Positions 16,749 through 24,966 of a DNA stretch of 42,805 nt are shown piece after piece. The position numbers and the translations under genes were made by a program. The notes under the pieces are model-generated. The model was not told the origin of the DNA. It saw only the letters and a program-made list of their open reading frames with translations, and made no database searches. Source of the stretch: a virus (taxonomy: Duplodnaviria > Caudoviricetes). Each line of letters starts with the position of its first letter. Position 1 is the stretch's first letter. The DNA lies in IMG/VR virus record IMGVR_UViG_3300017649_000112, positions 1-42,805 of that record; one strand, given 5' to 3'.

Positions 16749-18236
16749 TCAGCTTTCCGCAGCTTCAGGAGTGGACTGCTTGGCGAGGACTTCCGCCCGT
16801 TTTCTGATCGTGCTCTCCATCAGGTCCCGGAACTGGTCGGCCGAGTAGCGTTCATGGTAGCCATCGTAAGGAGCACGCTCGTTGTAAAGTGAGGCTTTCG
16901 CCACGATCAGGAACGATCCTTTAAAATAGCGACTCACGACACGGGCCTCTGGAGGAAGCTGCACCTGCTGGTCTCCGAGTTCGTAATACCCAGCCTCCCA
17001 CCAATGCCTCTCGATGTACTGGGTTGGCGAAAGTTCGACCATCTCCTCGTAGTAGGGGTCGCTGGTCCCGGTGACTGGGGGCAAGTTGTCTGTTTCGAGC
17101 CTGAAGTAGGCCCAGTCATCGTTTCCAAGGAAGGACTCGAACATGAGTCGCTTTGGCTTGACGATCACTCTGATCCCCGCCTCGAACCGGAGTTCAATAC
17201 AATCCGCCTCGAAGGAATCCGAGGCCCCGACGATGTCCAGACCGCCACCATTAGGGGCGAATGTGTGGTTGTAGGCTGCCGTAGCCCCGAGCAGGTTCAA
17301 CATCGCGATGATGGCGTTCTTGTCTTCCCAGGACACGCGGGTTGGGACGCCGTGAAAAAAGATTTTCTGTTGGACGTGACGCCAGTCGCCCAGGCTCACG
17401 TCAGCGAACTCCTTTTCTCTCTTGATCCAATCCCCCAGAGCGGACTCGAACTGCTCCATTGTCGGCCGGTCTGTCGGATTGTTCGCGGTGGCTCGGAAGA
17501 GCAGATCGTCCAACATGTGAAGAAGATTTGCCGTCGGCAGGTAGTTCTTCAGGGCGACCGCAATGTCATCAGGATGGTACCGACCCTCGAAGCAGCGGAT
17601 GTCGTTCGCCAGCAGAATCCACAGAGTCTTCGCCAAGGAGTAAACGTCCGCCAGACGCCCGTCAGCCGTTTTTGGTGAACGCTTCATCTCGGGTGCGATG
17701 GTCCAGCGAGGTCCGAGCATCTCCCCCTTCCCTGTGATCTCAGGCTTTTCCGGGAAGTCAGCGAGCCCAAAGTCACCGACGTAAGGCTCCCCGTCAAGGA
17801 CGAGAAGATTGTCCGGCTTGACATCTCGATGGGAGACTTCTCGGACATGAAGAGTGGCCAGCGTTCGTGCCACCTTGGCAACTGCCTGGATGATTGCCTT
17901 GGGGTCACGTGCCAGAGCCTTCATCAACGGTTTAGCTCGCGGCATCAGGTACCATGCCGGCGACGCCGTGGTCGGTTCATCGGGCAGATAGTGGTCGAGA
18001 ACCGGCAGCAGTCCTGGAACGTCGGTGTGTTTCTGGAGGACTCCGACTTCACCGCGGAAGCGAATGACAGCGGCTTGGTTCGCTTTCGTCAGGACTTTGA
18101 TGGCCGCTGTGGCTTGAGGATCGTCCAAGCGTTTCACCGACCACACATCGCCATTGCCGCCCTTCCCTAGTCGAAAGTCCAACGTCCATCCGCCGAACAC
18201 TTCACCCTTCTTCAGTTCCCTTTTTGCCTTGGCCAT
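16749..18236 (-). CDS. Hanks-type Ser/Thr protein kinase with uncharacterised C-terminal domain
   Basis: LGKGGNGDVW, AAIKV, HRDVKPDN, DFG, APE and DVYSL motifs. Confidence 0.9.
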   Translation of the reverse strand: MAKAKRELKKGEVFGGWTLDFRLGKGGNGDVWSVKRLDDPQATAAIKVLTKANQAAVIRFRGEVGVLQKHTDVPGLLPVLDHYLPDEPTTASPAWYLMPRAKPLMKALARDPKAIIQAVAKVARTLATLHVREVSHRDVKPDNLLVLDGEPYVGDFGLADFPEKPEITGKGEMLGPRWTIAPEMKRSPKTADGRLADVYSLAKTLWILLANDIRCFEGRYHPDDIAVALKNYLPTANLLHMLDDLLFRATANNPTDRPTMEQFESALGDWIKREKEFADVSLGDWRHVQQKIFFHGVPTRVSWEDKNAIIAMLNLLGATAAYNHTFAPNGGGLDIVGASDSFEADCIELRFEAGIRVIVKPKRLMFESFLGNDDWAYFRLETDNLPPVTGTSDPYYEEMVELSPTQYIERHWWEAGYYELGDQQVQLPPEARVVSRYFKGSFLIVAKASLYNERAPYDGYHERYSADQFRDLMESTIRKRAEVLAKQSTPEAAES

Positions 18237-18405
18237 TTTGCGTTTCCGGCTCCCGGACAGGTCTATTGATGTCAACTCTGATCTGGGGCATTCCCCGCAT
18301 TCCCGAAGGGATACGATCCGAACCTTTATCGCTCCAGCAACTGTCTGCTGCAACTGCCAAGGCGAGGCGGACAGGGAGGTTGAGGAAGGATTTAATCCCT
18401 CGGCG

Positions 18406-18867
18406 TCAGAACGGTGGTGCGTCGCTGGACGGGGGCGGCGAGTTTGGTTCTCCGCGTTGCCGTCGCTCGTGCTCCCGACGTAGTTCTTCGATCCTGAGCC
18501 GCCGTTTCGCCTCGTTCTCTTTCGCGGAGAGGGACTGGTGGGGAAACCGGCTCTCGTAGCCTCCTTCGAGATAGAACCGGTACTCGTGGTAGGCCGCCGC
18601 TCCGTAGGCCAGCCCCAGGTCCTCGCCGAACCGCTTCAGGAATGGCAGGACGGCGTGGTAGGTCTCCAGGGCGTCGAGCACGGTGAAGTAGCCCCGGTCG
18701 TCGATGTTCAGGAGTGTGCGGAGTTCGTCCAGGATTTGGCGATGGTCGGTTCTTTCTTCGGGCGTCGTTCGTTTCAGATACTCTTGGGCGTGGTTCAGTT
18801 GTTCACAGCTCAGGAATTGCTTCGGTCGGAACGGGATGTCCGGTTCGGGGAGTGAGTCGTCGGTCAT
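18406..18867 (-). CDS. Hypothetical protein
   Basis: 153-aa ORF translationally coupled (ATGA) to the upstream AP2 gene. Confidence 0.6.
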   Translation of the reverse strand: MTDDSLPEPDIPFRPKQFLSCEQLNHAQEYLKRTTPEERTDHRQILDELRTLLNIDDRGYFTVLDALETYHAVLPFLKRFGEDLGLAYGAAAYHEYRFYLEGGYESRFPHQSLSAKENEAKRRLRIEELRREHERRQRGEPNSPPPSSDAPPF

Positions 18868-19235
18868 GGATGGTTCTGCTCCGGGGATTTTGTCTGGGGC
18901 GTGCGGGGGCGATGCTCGACTTGGAAGCCGGCCGCCGCGAGCAATCTCTTGCCGACGCAGGCCCGAATCTCCTGTTCCCTTTCCGGGGTGGGCTGTCGTT
19001 CGGGCGGAAGGATGTTGAGTTCGGCAGATTCGCCCCGGAGGAACGTGGCCGCCAGGTTGTACGCTGCGGCCGCGTCCTCCTTTGTGTCGTACCGCCCCAG
19101 GTAGATCGACCTTCCGTTGCGGTAGATGCTCGCGACCCAGCCCGAACGTCGAGGGGTCACTCCCTTGTAGCCCGACTTGGACCGGCGACCGATGCGTTGG
19201 TCAGTTTGGTTGCGGCTGAGTGGCTCCTCCGGCAT
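18864..19235 (-). CDS. Stand-alone AP2-domain protein
   Basis: SGYKGV...WVASI...YLGRYDTKEDAAAAYNLAA...GESAELN. Confidence 0.85.
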   Translation of the reverse strand: MPEEPLSRNQTDQRIGRRSKSGYKGVTPRRSGWVASIYRNGRSIYLGRYDTKEDAAAAYNLAATFLRGESAELNILPPERQPTPEREQEIRACVGKRLLAAAGFQVEHRPRTPQTKSPEQNHP

Positions 19236-19272
19236 GACGGCTCCCCTTGATCTGGGCACGTGGGTCGTGTGC

Positions 19273-19911
19273 TCAGACCAATACCCGCGTCGGTCGGCAG
19301 AGTCTGCATCGACATTGGGGAGTCGGGTCGGACATTCCGGTGGCGGCCGTGGGATTCGGGAGCGGCGTCGTGGGGAGGTGAGCCATGTAGAAGGCGTTGA
19401 CGGTCAGGGCCGCCTTGTGTTCTGAGTCGAAGCTGCCCAGATAGTGCTGTTGGCTGGCCAGGTGAGCCACGGCCCGCCACTTCTGCCGGTCTCGGGACCA
19501 TGACACGCCGATGTAGGACGAGGTGGGGCGGTTGCCGCTCCGATTGGCGGCGGATTTCCCCTGATTCGTCCGTTGTTCCATGCGTGTGGCGATGCGGAGG
19601 TTCTCCCGCGTGTTGTTGAGTGGGTTCCTGTCTTTGTGGTCGATGGTTAGCGGGTGCCGGGGTTTCGCGATGCCTTGCAGGGCGAGGATGAACTGATGGA
19701 GGAGCACTCGCCTCCCGTTGATCGTGGCCGCGACCCGTTCGACGGCTTGTTGTCCGTCGGCCCGCGTTGTCCATCTCACGTGCCAGAGGTGTTGATCGAC
19801 AGCAGGGTAGTCGATGTCGTCCACGATGGCGTAGACGTTGGGGACTTGACGGATGCGTTGGGATTTTCCTCGACCGAAGGTTCGTTCCCAGAGTGCGACT
19901 TGTCTTGGCAT
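19273..19911 (-). CDS. HNH-AP2 endonuclease-like protein, paralog 3
   Basis: IDHKDRNPLNNTRENLR, AP2 motif YIGVSW...YLGSFDSEHKAA, and C-terminal CRCRLC. Confidence 0.85.
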   Translation of the reverse strand: MPRQVALWERTFGRGKSQRIRQVPNVYAIVDDIDYPAVDQHLWHVRWTTRADGQQAVERVAATINGRRVLLHQFILALQGIAKPRHPLTIDHKDRNPLNNTRENLRIATRMEQRTNQGKSAANRSGNRPTSSYIGVSWSRDRQKWRAVAHLASQQHYLGSFDSEHKAALTVNAFYMAHLPTTPLPNPTAATGMSDPTPQCRCRLCRPTRVLV

Positions 19912-19979
19912 TTGGATGGCTCCATTGCAGTGGTGAAGGTGGTTGCGATGGTGCCTTGCTGGGTGCGTCTGAGCGTGCG

Positions 19980-20795
19980 TTAGGATTCAGGACCGTCGCT
20001 GGACGGCGGTGACGTTGCGAGGACGGGTTGCTGCTCCAGGAGCGGGGTGACGGGGCGACCGGCTTCCTGGGCCAGGAGTTCGTCGAGTTCCGCGGCCTTC
20101 TCCAGGATGAGCGGGTTCTGGAGTGCCCGTCGCTGGAGGGCCGGCTCGAACGGCGGGGACTCGGTGCCCGGAAAGAAAATGTGCCGCTGGGGGGCTTCGA
20201 GACCGAGCAGCTTGTCGAGCCGGGTCTGGGCCTTGATGCGGTTGATTGTGGGCTCTTTCGGGTTGGCGATGACCTGCCGGTAGAAGTTGATTGCCTCGGC
20301 CAGGTGCTCCAGGTGGTCCTTGCGGACGGCTTCGATCATGTTCCGCTTGGCTTCGCGGAGATATTCCTTCGCCGTGGCTTCTTTGACGCCGTAGCGGCGT
20401 TGCAGTTCCGCCAGGACGTGAGTGTCGTGGGTGGCGGCGACCAGGAGCTTCTCCGTTTCGAGGATGCGGAGTTCCTTCTTCAGGTGATCCTGCTCCACGA
20501 AACGGCGGGCCTTGGTGGAGGCGTTGGGTTGTGAGAGGGCCGGGACCGAGGGTGGGACCGCTTCGGCCAGGTAGGATGTGTTCGGCAAAGATGGAGCTGA
20601 GCCAGAATCGGCGTCGTTGATTTCGATGATGTCGTGCGTGTCGATCAGTTCGTCCTTGGCCTCCGGGCAGTCCATCTGCCGGACCCGTGACGTTCGCCGG
20701 TGCTTCATCACCAGCCAGAAGCGGCCGGTGCGGCCCCGGACCTGACAGGTCCTGCGGACGCCGATCCCCTGTCTGTTTGCCGACATCTCCGGCAC
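19980..20795 (-). CDS. Putative small terminase-like HTH protein (start uncertain)
   Basis: HTH-like LQRRYGVKEATAKEYLREA and RIKAQTRLDKLLGLEAP, a pattern common in phage genes preceding terL. Confidence 0.45.
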   Translation of the reverse strand: MPEMSANRQGIGVRRTCQVRGRTGRFWLVMKHRRTSRVRQMDCPEAKDELIDTHDIIEINDADSGSAPSLPNTSYLAEAVPPSVPALSQPNASTKARRFVEQDHLKKELRILETEKLLVAATHDTHVLAELQRRYGVKEATAKEYLREAKRNMIEAVRKDHLEHLAEAINFYRQVIANPKEPTINRIKAQTRLDKLLGLEAPQRHIFFPGTESPPFEPALQRRALQNPLILEKAAELDELLAQEAGRPVTPLLEQQPVLATSPPSSDGPES

Positions 20796-23079
20796 TCTCC
20801 CGCGAACGTAGTTGTTGACCGTTGACCTTGTCGTTTCCGTTGTTCAACGGTTGGGAGTCGGGGTTGGCGGAGAGAAAATGTGCTCCATTCCCAAGGGGCC
20901 GTCGCCTCCAGGGTTGTGATCGTTGTTGCCGGGTTGTTGCGGTTGTGGGGCGGGAGAGAGGATGGCCGTAGAGGAGTTGAGACTTGCGGAGCAGCTCCTC
21001 CGGGGTGAGTTCTTTGGCTGGCTTGGTGAGGACTTTGTGGTCGGCCTCGGAGAGTTCCGGGTTGGCGAGAGCCTTGGTCAGGGCTGCTTCGTAGATGGGA
21101 CTACGGATTCTTCCGTCGGGTTGTCCGGGTTCGTCGAGAGTGTGACCTTCGCCGTTGTCGGATGGGACGGTTCCGATGGCGGCAGCGGCTGGCTCTGGGC
21201 GTAGAGCCGAATCAGGTAGTCGTTGAATGTCAGGTTCGAGAGCTTCGCGTTCCGACGGACGTGTGCCCAGATGTCTGGCGGGACTCGCCGGGCCAGCACA
21301 TGGCAACTCTCTCCCTTGAGGTATCCGACGGTTTGGGTCGTCATGGGTCGTTCCTGTTTCTGGCGTGGTCGGGACGATCGTTTCCCCCACTGGTTTGTAC
21401 CCCGATGTTGATTTCTTCGCTGGGATGGTTGGGCGGGGGTTCAGGAGGTTCAGGGCCGTGTCGAAGTCCAGCGTGGCGGATGATTGCGGGGCTGGAACGA
21501 TGGCCAGGAAGTACGTGCGTGGTCGCCCGGAGTGATTGGCGGTCTGGACCTTCTCCTTCAGGAGCCGGATGACGTTGTTGCGGGTGAAGTGGTCCAGGTA
21601 CGTGCGGTATTTCGAGCCGGAGGAGGCCGGGAACTTGCGGAGAACGGAGCTGACGGAGACGGTGACTTCGTAGCCGTCGGGGGTGGGTTTGCCGTGGAGC
21701 TTGGCGAAGTTCAGGAGGTACAGCAGGAACCGGGCGAAGTCGAACCGTTGCCAGAACGGGACGGATTGGGTGGCGGTGCGGATCGCGTTCAGGTCTTCCG
21801 GGGCGAAGGTGGCGGAGCGGGATGATGGTGCCGGGCCGTCGGTGGTTGAAGTGGAGGATGGAGTTGGTCGTTGGGCCTTCTGTTCGTGAAGCCAGGCGAT
21901 GAGTTCGGCGATCTGGTCGTGGACTTTGGTGGTGTGGTCGGCGATGTCTTGTTGGATGTCCTTGGAATGGTCGCCGTGGGCGTAGGCCCAGGTAGAGAGG
22001 CACTGGGTGGCTTCGTCGGCGGGGAGATGGCGGACGAAGACCAGGTGCCAGGCGATGCGTTTGAGACATTCGAGTCGAGTGCCGGGGAGCAGGATGCCCA
22101 GGGCGAGCAGTTCCTCGATGTCTTGGGGGGATGAGGTCGGTTGGTTCAGGAGTTCCTGGTAGCGGGCAGTGTTGGCAGCGGTGACTTGGGCTTTGCGGGG
22201 TTGGCCCAGCACGGCGTAGGTGGACGGCTCCGGGAGAGTGTATGAGGAGCGGCGACTTCGTGGCTGTGATGTTGGCTTTGTGGGGGCTGTGCCGTGGAGG
22301 GCAGCGTAGTTGCGAGCCAGGGCCTGAGCCTCTCGCCAATCCAGGGTGGCGATGATGGGAGAGGGATTGGTGAGGGCGTTGTCGGGGAACAGGTGAGGGA
22401 GCAGCGATTCGACGAGTTGGGTCCAGGGAATACGGGGTTCGTCGGCCGGGGTGGCCAGGGGGCAGTAGCCGTAGGGGAGCCGAAGGGCACGGGCTGGGTT
22501 GGGGTAGATTTCGACTTGGCCGGGGGTGTGGGTGATGCCGATCTGGGCCAGGGTCGGCTCGATCGTGTCGGTGTAGATGGGACGGTCGAAGAAGACGTAC
22601 AGGTGCAGGCCCTGGGAGGGCGTGGGGATCGCGAGGACGTGGGCGTCGGTGATGCCGATGTGGGACAGGGCCTGGAGACAGGAGTGCCGACGACGGTGAA
22701 GGTCGTCGTTGCCGGGGGAGCCTTTGGCATGGGCGTGGTTGTCGAGGTCCAGGCAAAACCAGTAGGTCGTCTTGGCCCCGCGTGCCCCGACCCATTGGGC
22801 TTTCAGGTGAGGGAGCGAGTCGCCCAGGAGATGGCGAGCGAGGAGGGCCGGATTCAGGAGGCCGTGACCCTTGGTCCAGGACTTGGGGTCGCCGGACTTC
22901 GCCCGCGTGATGATGTAGTCCTTCCGTTTCGGGGCGAAGAGTTCCAGGAAGGCGGTCAGGTGAGTGTCGGTGCAACCCAGGAGGTCGAGCTTCTCTTGGT
23001 GGGAGAACCGTCGCTTGGGGAGGCCCGCGTGGGTGAGGCTGTGACAGCGGGGCGACGAAAGGGAGATCGGGGTAGGCAT
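19987..23079 (-). CDS. Replication protein: AEP-type primase-polymerase, primase C-terminal helical domain, winged helix and long tail (true 3' end uncertain)
   Basis: FCLDLDNH (DxD), SQGLHLYVFF and EIYP...LRLP motifs, plus GRPRTYFL wing. The last ~270 codons overlap another gene. Confidence 0.7.
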   Translation of the reverse strand: MPTPISLSSPRCHSLTHAGLPKRRFSHQEKLDLLGCTDTHLTAFLELFAPKRKDYIITRAKSGDPKSWTKGHGLLNPALLARHLLGDSLPHLKAQWVGARGAKTTYWFCLDLDNHAHAKGSPGNDDLHRRRHSCLQALSHIGITDAHVLAIPTPSQGLHLYVFFDRPIYTDTIEPTLAQIGITHTPGQVEIYPNPARALRLPYGYCPLATPADEPRIPWTQLVESLLPHLFPDNALTNPSPIIATLDWREAQALARNYAALHGTAPTKPTSQPRSRRSSYTLPEPSTYAVLGQPRKAQVTAANTARYQELLNQPTSSPQDIEELLALGILLPGTRLECLKRIAWHLVFVRHLPADEATQCLSTWAYAHGDHSKDIQQDIADHTTKVHDQIAELIAWLHEQKAQRPTPSSTSTTDGPAPSSRSATFAPEDLNAIRTATQSVPFWQRFDFARFLLYLLNFAKLHGKPTPDGYEVTVSVSSVLRKFPASSGSKYRTYLDHFTRNNVIRLLKEKVQTANHSGRPRTYFLAIVPAPQSSATLDFDTALNLLNPRPTIPAKKSTSGYKPVGETIVPTTPETGTTHDDPNRRIPQGRELPCAGPASPARHLGTRPSEREALEPDIQRLPDSALRPEPAAAAIGTVPSDNGEGHTLDEPGQPDGRIRSPIYEAALTKALANPELSEADHKVLTKPAKELTPEELLRKSQLLYGHPLSRPTTATTRQQRSQPWRRRPLGNGAHFLSANPDSQPLNNGNDKVNGQQLRSRESAGDVGKQTGDRRPQDLSGPGPHRPLLAGDEAPANVTGPADGLPGGQGRTDRHARHHRNQRRRFWLSSIFAEHILPGRSGPTLGPGPLTTQRLHQGPPFRGAGSPEEGTPHPRNGEAPGRRHPRHSRPGGTATPLRRQRSHGEGISPRSQAEHDRSRPQGPPGAPGRGNQLLPAGHRQPERAHNQPHQGPDPARQAARSRSPPAAHFLSGHRVPAVRAGPPATGTPEPAHPGEGRGTRRTPGPGSRSPRHPAPGAATRPRNVTAVQRRS
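21078..21344 (-). CDS. Small ribbon-helix-helix-like protein nested in the primase ORF
   Basis: AGGA RBS, and VLARRVPPDIWAHVRRNAKLSNLTFNDYLIRLY fits the RHH pattern. Confidence 0.5.
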   Translation of the reverse strand: MTTQTVGYLKGESCHVLARRVPPDIWAHVRRNAKLSNLTFNDYLIRLYAQSQPLPPSEPSHPTTAKVTLSTNPDNPTEESVVPSTKQP

Positions 23080-23278
23080 CCGGGGTGTGCCTTATCCAGG
23101 AGAATGTAAAGTTGTAACAAACCCTTCTGGGTACCCAATCTCTCGTCAGTCGGATCTCCTGGAATGAGCAGGAAGAAGTGAAGGACCACTGGTCCGAAGG
23201 AGTTGAGTTGGACCGTGGTCGCCGGGGCTGGAGTTCCTGCGTTGCTTCGGATTGGTCCTCCAGACCAATCCTTACCCG

Positions 23279-24445
23279 TCAATGTGGAGGGCTCGGCGTG
23301 TCGGACGTGAAGTAATTTGGGAACCGCTTGCGGAGCTGACGCTGGACGAAGGCCGTGATCTCGGCTAGACGTTGCGACGATAGTTCGTCCTTCTGGACGG
23401 GATTGGGCCCGATCCCGCCGCCGAAGATCAGTTGATGCCCGATGTTGTAGGCCACGGCTGCTTCGCCGAGCGTCTGATAGGTGCCCAGGCCGGCCCGCCG
23501 GCCGTTGAGATTTATGTAGGTGACGTACCTGCCATGCTGGTATGTGATCCCAGTGTATTCCTTCGCGACAGGGTGCTCGGCGATCGTGGTGAGCACGACC
23601 GATTTCACAGCGGCGGCTCTTGGCTCGGTCACCATTTCCGGAGTGATCTTGTTTGGGCCGGAGCGTTCGGGATAGAAAATCTTAAAGGCGAGGTCGTAGG
23701 CCAGGGCCGCTTCCTCGATTGTCTCGAAGTAGCGGAAGCGATAGTACCGTCCGTCCGACTTGATTCTGGTTTCCCAGCCATGCCTCGTGCTGGAGACGCC
23801 TTTGTAACGGCGTTTGCCGAGCTGTCCCTCTCGTCGCTGATCTGGACCGGCAGGCTTGTCGGTTCCCTGCTGAACCTTCCACTGGAACCGACTTTGTGGA
23901 TTCAGTGCCCGTAGACCGTTGGGGTTGGCTCGCATCTTTCGCAGCAGAGCCAGGGCGGGACTGTCCGGAGCTATGCTTTCCAGCTTCTTGAGAACCACGT
24001 CGAAATGGTGCCGGATGGTTCCCTGGCTGGTCGAGAGAGCCTGGGCCGTGGCACTCTGGGATGTGGTGCGGACTGTCCCGGTTACCATTCTGATGATCGG
24101 CTCGGTGAGGCCGGCTTCGATCAACTGGCGGCGGAGTTGAGTCTCGCTGCAAATCTCCAAGAACTCGTGGTGCAGCCGGATTCTCTCTTGGGCACGGTTG
24201 AGCCGATACGAAACGTTGGACTGACGGACCGAGAATAGCGGCGACACCAGTTCCTGGATATTTCGTTTGGCCTTGACCAGGTACAGCATGGAGAGTTCTC
24301 GGGGCGGCAGGGATTGGAGCCCTTGTCTCAGTCGCACCAGATAGCGGAGCTTTTCCGGAGACGACCGCCGTCGTCGAGAAGGCTTCTCGTGGGAGTAGGT
24401 CTCCAGGACGCGAGGATCAGTGATGACGAAGAGGCTGCGGCCCAT
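23279..24445 (-). CDS. Multi-domain DNA-binding protein: sigma-region-4-like HTH, second HTH, two AP2 domains
   Basis: LQSLPPRE...VRQSNVSYRLNRAQERI; SQSATAQALSTSQGTI; YKGVS...EEAALAYD; YTGIT...LGTYQTLGEAAVAYN. Confidence 0.7.
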   Translation of the reverse strand: MGRSLFVITDPRVLETYSHEKPSRRRRSSPEKLRYLVRLRQGLQSLPPRELSMLYLVKAKRNIQELVSPLFSVRQSNVSYRLNRAQERIRLHHEFLEICSETQLRRQLIEAGLTEPIIRMVTGTVRTTSQSATAQALSTSQGTIRHHFDVVLKKLESIAPDSPALALLRKMRANPNGLRALNPQSRFQWKVQQGTDKPAGPDQRREGQLGKRRYKGVSSTRHGWETRIKSDGRYYRFRYFETIEEAALAYDLAFKIFYPERSGPNKITPEMVTEPRAAAVKSVVLTTIAEHPVAKEYTGITYQHGRYVTYINLNGRRAGLGTYQTLGEAAVAYNIGHQLIFGGGIGPNPVQKDELSSQRLAEITAFVQRQLRKRFPNYFTSDTPSPPH

Positions 24446-24540
24446 GAACTCGGCTCCAAGGAAGGAGAAGGTTTCCTCCCTCGGTCGCCGAGTCCGAACT
24501 CTGGGTCAGATGAGCCGCACCGAGCCGGATGGTCTCTCGT

Positions 24541-24966
24541 TCAGTTCAGCTCTGGCCGGCCGCCGGGATGAATACCCCCGCCGTGCCACTCCCCGGTGAC
24601 GAGCCAAAGCTCGTAGTGGAGCAGCCATTCACTGCTCCACGGGATGATCGTCCTGGCCAGCAACTGGTCCCGGTCCCACTCACGTCCGCTTGGCAGATAG
24701 AGGCAGAGCGAGCCGTTGGGATAGAGATGCGGAGGCTTCTCGCCGTCTCGCGTCTCCAACTCCGGATTCTCCACGAACACGTCGGGACCGTTTTCCAGGC
24801 TGTACTCGAGACGGAGCGTGTACGCCTTGCTCAGCGGGGTCGGCATCAGCGTCCCCCGCCACCTCAGCCGGCTCCGTTTCACGGTGCATTCCGCGTCCGG
24901 GAACTTCCGCTTGAGGTCCAGCATCTGCGTCGCCAGGTTAATGGGCTTTGTTTTCAGGGCCACCAT
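24541..24966 (-). CDS. CBASS-associated stand-alone E2-like protein
   Basis: PHLYPNGSLCLY with the catalytic Cys and WLLHYELWLVTGEWHGGG. Overlaps the CD-NTase stop. Confidence 0.85.
   Translation of the reverse strand: MVALKTKPINLATQMLDLKRKFPDAECTVKRSRLRWRGTLMPTPLSKAYTLRLEYSLENGPDVFVENPELETRDGEKPPHLYPNGSLCLYLPSGREWDRDQLLARTIIPWSSEWLLHYELWLVTGEWHGGGIHPGGRPELN

Noticed and set aside
7001-19911. Diversity-generating retroelement or retron explaining the HNH-AP2 paralogs
   Set aside because: There is no reverse transcriptase in the element, and the differences are not adenine-specific.
21341-22975. 544-aa alternative-frame ORF within the primase gene
   Set aside because: Pro/Arg/His-rich with no recognisable domain, typical of an off-frame GC-rich read.
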